A DNA stretch of 64,000 nt from contig CBDBCZ010000016.1 in the NCBI GenBank assembly GCA_965203295.1, positions 768,001-832,000 on the forward strand. The letters run 5' to 3'. Origin of the DNA: Nitrospirales bacterium (GTDB taxonomy: Bacteria; Nitrospirota; Nitrospiria; Nitrospirales; UBA8639). The notes beneath the pieces are model-generated. The model ran no database searches and was not told the origin of the DNA. It saw only the letters and a program-made list of their open reading frames with translations. Of this stretch, positions 60,299-64,000 are shown piece after piece. The number at the start of each line of letters is the position of its first letter. Position 1 is the stretch's first letter. A program made the translations under genes and the position numbers.

Positions 60299-61289
60299 AC
60301 GCTTACATGTATAGCTAAGTGAGCATACTGTCTCAGTCGTGAACCTTGTACTCTTTGTTTATGCTTTTTGTATAGTATACTGCATTTGTATATATGCTAT
60401 AATGTGAGTTTTGAGGAACACCCATTTCTGGTGTTATAGTTTCCTTTCGGTGCTAATTTTACCAAGGAAACTGGTGCAGTTCAACGCCAGGTTTACATTC
60501 TAGAGGTGTTGATTAAGCGCTCACAATTGGAGTGACCTGTATTATGGGCTTCAAAGAACACCACCTTTTAGTGCTAATATAAATCAACCAGTGCTAAATG
60601 TACCCACGAATCTGGTGTAGATCTACAACATGTTAAGGTTTAAACTAGCACCCTTTTAGGGGTGCCAAGTGAGCACTCCCATCTAGAGTCACTGAGTGGA
60701 CACTCGAGCAACACTTCTTTTTAGTGTTAAAGTAACACCTCACTTTTAACAGTGTACCGGATGGGAGATGGATATACAGTTCCAGGGCTCATGACTCCAT
60801 GTGTAGGATTCTCATACCACTTTTGGATGTCATATTCTTCCCACTCATCATCATACCGTTTACATATACATGTACTAGCACTTGGTTTTGAAATCACCTT
60901 TGCAAAATTAGCTACTTGATGTCTAAGTGTAGAGCATAATATTATCAATACTTTAACGTTAGTTCTGTCCGTGTGTGCATGTATGTGTAACGGATGTGAC
61001 GTCCGCTAATCATCACCCTCGAATGCGTGAGAAGACGCGAGAAGGTCGTGACATCATCATACAGTACACGTGCACTTCGACCACTGCATGTGTTGAGGGT
61101 CAGTGGATCAAAGTGGCCAAATGCAATTCTGCTATTTTGGTACACCAAAATAGTGTATTTGAGGATTTGCAGACTTGAGCAGGCCAGCAAATCTGTGAAT
61201 TCACTTTCCGGGTAGCCACAAGAACTGGACCCTGGATCCTTGACAGTTTAGCAAAGAGAGTGGTTCAATGTGGCCATTGCATATCACTG

Positions 61290-61525
61290 CAGGAATGCAG
61301 ATTTGTGAATTTGCAAACTTCCCAGGAAGTGCAATCTGCAAATATGCTTTTCAGTTCACAATGCAGAAATGCAGATTTGTGAATTTGCTGACATTGCAAA
61401 TCTGCAATTCTGCTTTTCAGTTCTCAATGCCGAAAAGCAGATTTGCAAATTTGCTGACGTTGCAAAATCTGCAAACCTGCTTTTCAGTTTGCAATGCTGA
61501 AATGCAGATTTGCAAATTTGCTGCA
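61290..61525. repeat. Tandem repeat, 66-67-bp unit, about 3.5 copies, internally palindromic
   Basis: GCTTTTCAGTT at 61346, 61412 and 61479; GCAGATTTG / CAAATCTGC inverted motifs. Confidence 0.8.
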
Positions 61526-62157
61526 ATGAGCACTTTGAGCACACTCTATCACAAAGGTTAGTAGCTAGATAGTCATGTAAGCATGCACAACTGTAGTAAT
61601 CTGCTTAGTACGTTAGACAAACAACGACGATGTGCATTAAATTGAGTCAGTGCCATTCACCTGCATTCCAGTACATGCATGCCAGTACATGTAGGCTGTG
61701 GCTGTGAAGAGCTAGGCTTCGGTCCTAGCTTACCTGTTTTGTTTTGTAGTTCTTTGCAGTCTCTACTTAGAGATTAGCACTGCCTCCACATGGCTCAGGC
61801 ATAGATAATATACTTTTAATATCTCAACCTATGGCTCAGTCAGGAACATGTGCTTTGGCTGTTGGTGTGCACATATACTCTGCACTTTTCCCCACTGTGA
61901 TGGTCAATTTTCGGCACAAACGTTGAGGCCTGAATGTAGAGCCTCCACGTGGCTAAGTCAGCAGCACTACTGCATGTCATTGGCAGATGCTAAATGTTTC
62001 ATAATCACATGACATGGAGGTAGCACTTTTCCTTTCTATCCGTAGACAGAGCGAACGAAGTAAGCGAAAGTACTTGTATTATTTACTTGGAATACGCAAG
62101 CGAAATATGCCTCGCGTAGCATATGGTGGCAGTTATTTGTGCAGGTTGGGTAGTGGT

Positions 62158-62191
62158 TAGCCTCGTTCCCAGGCCACTGGGAACGAGGCTA
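62158..62191. mobile_element. 34-bp Academ-type micro-MITE
   Basis: TAGCCTCGTTCCCAG...CTGGGAACGAGGCTA; TSD GGTAGTGGT / AGTAGTGGT. Confidence 0.8.
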
Positions 62192-62347
62192 AGTAGTGGT
62201 AAATTGTGGTGCATGGTAGTCTAATAGGTGGCTTGAGGTACCGGTATATTACCATGATGTGCAATTATTTGTACAGATCTATATCAAAAGTTGATGCGTG
62301 CATGCAAGGGGCTGACTCACGAGACTGAAATAATCTCAGCTTAATGC

Positions 62348-62436
62348 TAGTCTAGCTAGCTATCCCCAACTTTTACCCCCCCCCTACTGCAAGCGATCCC
62401 TAGGTGGGTAGAAGTTGGGGATAGCTAGCTAGACTA
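62348..62436. mobile_element. 89-bp Academ-type hairpin MITE
   Basis: TAGTCTAGCTAGCTATCCCCAACTT arms; perfect TSD GCTTAATGC (62339-62347 / 62437-62445). Confidence 0.85.
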
Positions 62437-62602
62437 GCTTAATGCATGCTGGCTTGAAATACCGTTGGCATCTTGCAATTGTGTCGTCGGTTTCCAGCGC
62501 TCATATCTCAGCTTACAGTACGGCTACACAAACTCTACAAACCTGGGAGCTGCTAACGAAAAAAGTGGAGAGCCGGAATGCATGTTGGCTAATACCGTTG
62601 GC

Positions 62603-62952
62603 TAGTCTCGCGGGGCCAGACTCTAGACGGGAAAGTTAGAGTCTGGTCAACTGCCCATATACGACTCGTTGTAGCACCCACCAGACTTTGGTGGGTGACA
62701 ATTAGGTGTTGTACCGCACCGTTTACATTATGTAAGCGTTAATCGTGTTAATCGCTACGGCTTGAACAGTCACAGCACTCACCTCAACTCGTCAACTTTT
62801 TGCACGTAGCGATTAACGCTTACATAATGTAAACGTTGCGGTACAACACCTAATCGTCACCCACCGAAGTCTGGTGGGTGCTACAACGAGTCGTATATGG
62901 GCAGTTGACCAGACTCTAACTTTCCCATCTAGAGTCTGGCCCCGCGAGACTA
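62603..62952. mobile_element. 350-bp Academ-type MITE with TIRs of about 150 bp
   Basis: TAGTCTCGCGGGGCCAGACTCTAGA...; perfect TSD ACCGTTGGC (62594-62602 / 62953-62961). An empty paralogous site is present at 62461. Confidence 0.92.
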
Positions 62953-63506
62953 ACCGTTGGCATCTTGCGATCGTGTCATCGGCCTCCAGCGCTCATATCT
63001 CAGCTTACAGTACAGCTACACAAACTCTACAAACCTGGGAGCTGTAGTAAGTCTCCCTTGATAAAACTACATGACAAATTTGTCCAGACCTCTGACTCTG
63101 TCTGCCGTGATTTGGAAGACGCCGTCCAAAAAAACGACAAGGCAAGAGACACCATTTTGAACACGTGCCTTGCCCCCGGGGGCCAGAGTCGAGCAAACTT
63201 TATAGTCGTATATACGTATACGTATATATATAGATATATATAAGCGCTAGCTGAGATTGTTGAGCCCATAGCACGGGATTATTGGCCTCGCTGCGCTCAG
63301 CAATAAAGCAAGATTGAACAATGATCATAAATACATTAATTCATGGGCCTGTTGTGCATGGATTCCTATGTTCCTATAGGTAACACCCCTCATTATATCA
63401 TATTGATTGACTTTGTTCATATGTTGAACCACTCACCTGCAGCTCTTGCATATTATTATGACAGGAATAGCTTTTCAATTATATACACTTCAATATGTTG
63501 TTCTAG

Positions 63507-64000
63507 GTGCCAGAAAAATCTCAATGCCATCATCAGAGAAAGTGTCCCAGTTTCCTGAGTCAACACTTGGTAGCTCTAGTGGAAGTGACCATGTACCCCA
63601 AGGTCAAAATAAAACCTCCAACAGCTTTCCCTATCTTGACATACGGAAACTGAGTGAGTGTGAAAAGTTTGATCTCCAGTGCAAACTGCAGAAAGACTCT
63701 GACAAGATCATTGATGCGTTCAGTGATCTGACACACTACACAATTAATTCCATAGTTTCTAGTGGTGTTTCAGTCAAACGACTTCATGCTCGCTTAAGCA
63801 GCCTTGGGGCCTACAAGCCAATCTATAAGCAAGTTCCTCTCCTGCGAGACCATTTGGATGAAATCGAGAGAGCAGAAGATGTTGATCATGTGTTCAGCAT
63901 CTTGCAGAAGTACTACTCATTTTTCAACTACTACATCATTGAAAAACTTATTGGCTGGTTCGGGACATCAGAAGATAAGGAGCGACTTGAAACCTATGTG
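63507..64000 (+). CDS. Host gene exon (runs off window): DED/death-fold-like helical domain
   Basis: Phase-1 acceptor TTCTAG|GT; open for 164 codons: FPYLDIRKLSECEKFDLQCKL...VFSILQKYYSFFNYYIIEKLIGWFGTSEDKERLETY. Not in the supplied ORF track because no stop falls inside the window. Confidence 0.65.

Larger units (their letters stand above)
51491..60754 (-). mobile_element. CACTA/EnSpm-superfamily element 2 (9.26 kb), apparently intact, two divergent genes
   Basis: TIR CACTGTTAAAA / TTTTAACAGTG; TA TSD (51489-51490 / 60755-60756); degenerate GGTG/CACC subterminal motifs. Confidence 0.92.

Noticed and set aside
63130..63306. Possible Helentron/Helitron-type end (GGCCTCGCTGCGCTCAGCAATAA); small hairpins at about 3968 and 40846
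   Set aside because: Resemblance only; boundaries cannot be fixed from this window.

Overview
Eukaryotic, intron-rich animal genomic DNA, probably a demosponge or other early-branching metazoan (inferred from the repeat families and death-fold proteins, not proven). About three quarters of the window is transposable elements. The centre (10.6-37.2 kb) is a nest with termini and target-site duplications (TSDs) readable at every level. A ~1.1-kb non-autonomous element (8-bp TSD) contains AcademH-A (transposase plus RecQ-like helicase, 9-bp TSD), which contains AcademH-B (9-bp TSD). AcademH-B holds an apparently intact CACTA/EnSpm element with a divergent BEN-domain gene (TA TSD), a hAT5-type element (5-bp TSD) and a Crypton-like hairpin insert; hAT5-type MITEs sit in the CACTA introns. 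Elsewhere there is an RT-deleted DIRS/Ngaro-type tyrosine-recombinase retroelement, a HIRAN-carrying TA MITE, a DD34E Tc1/IS630-like element with a convergent second gene, a decayed LINE, Crypton and probable Helitron remnants, and a second apparently intact CACTA element with a divergent SAM-domain (SAMD3-like) gene. Many micro-elements of 26-370 bp have clean 7- or 9-bp TSDs. Host genes seen: tandemly duplicated 3' exons of mitochondrial ribosomal protein L22, and a CARD-like/death-fold gene whose ~21.6-kb intron holds the LINE and second CACTA. Family and domain calls come from motifs read by eye, exon boundaries from GT-AG reading; no database search was run.
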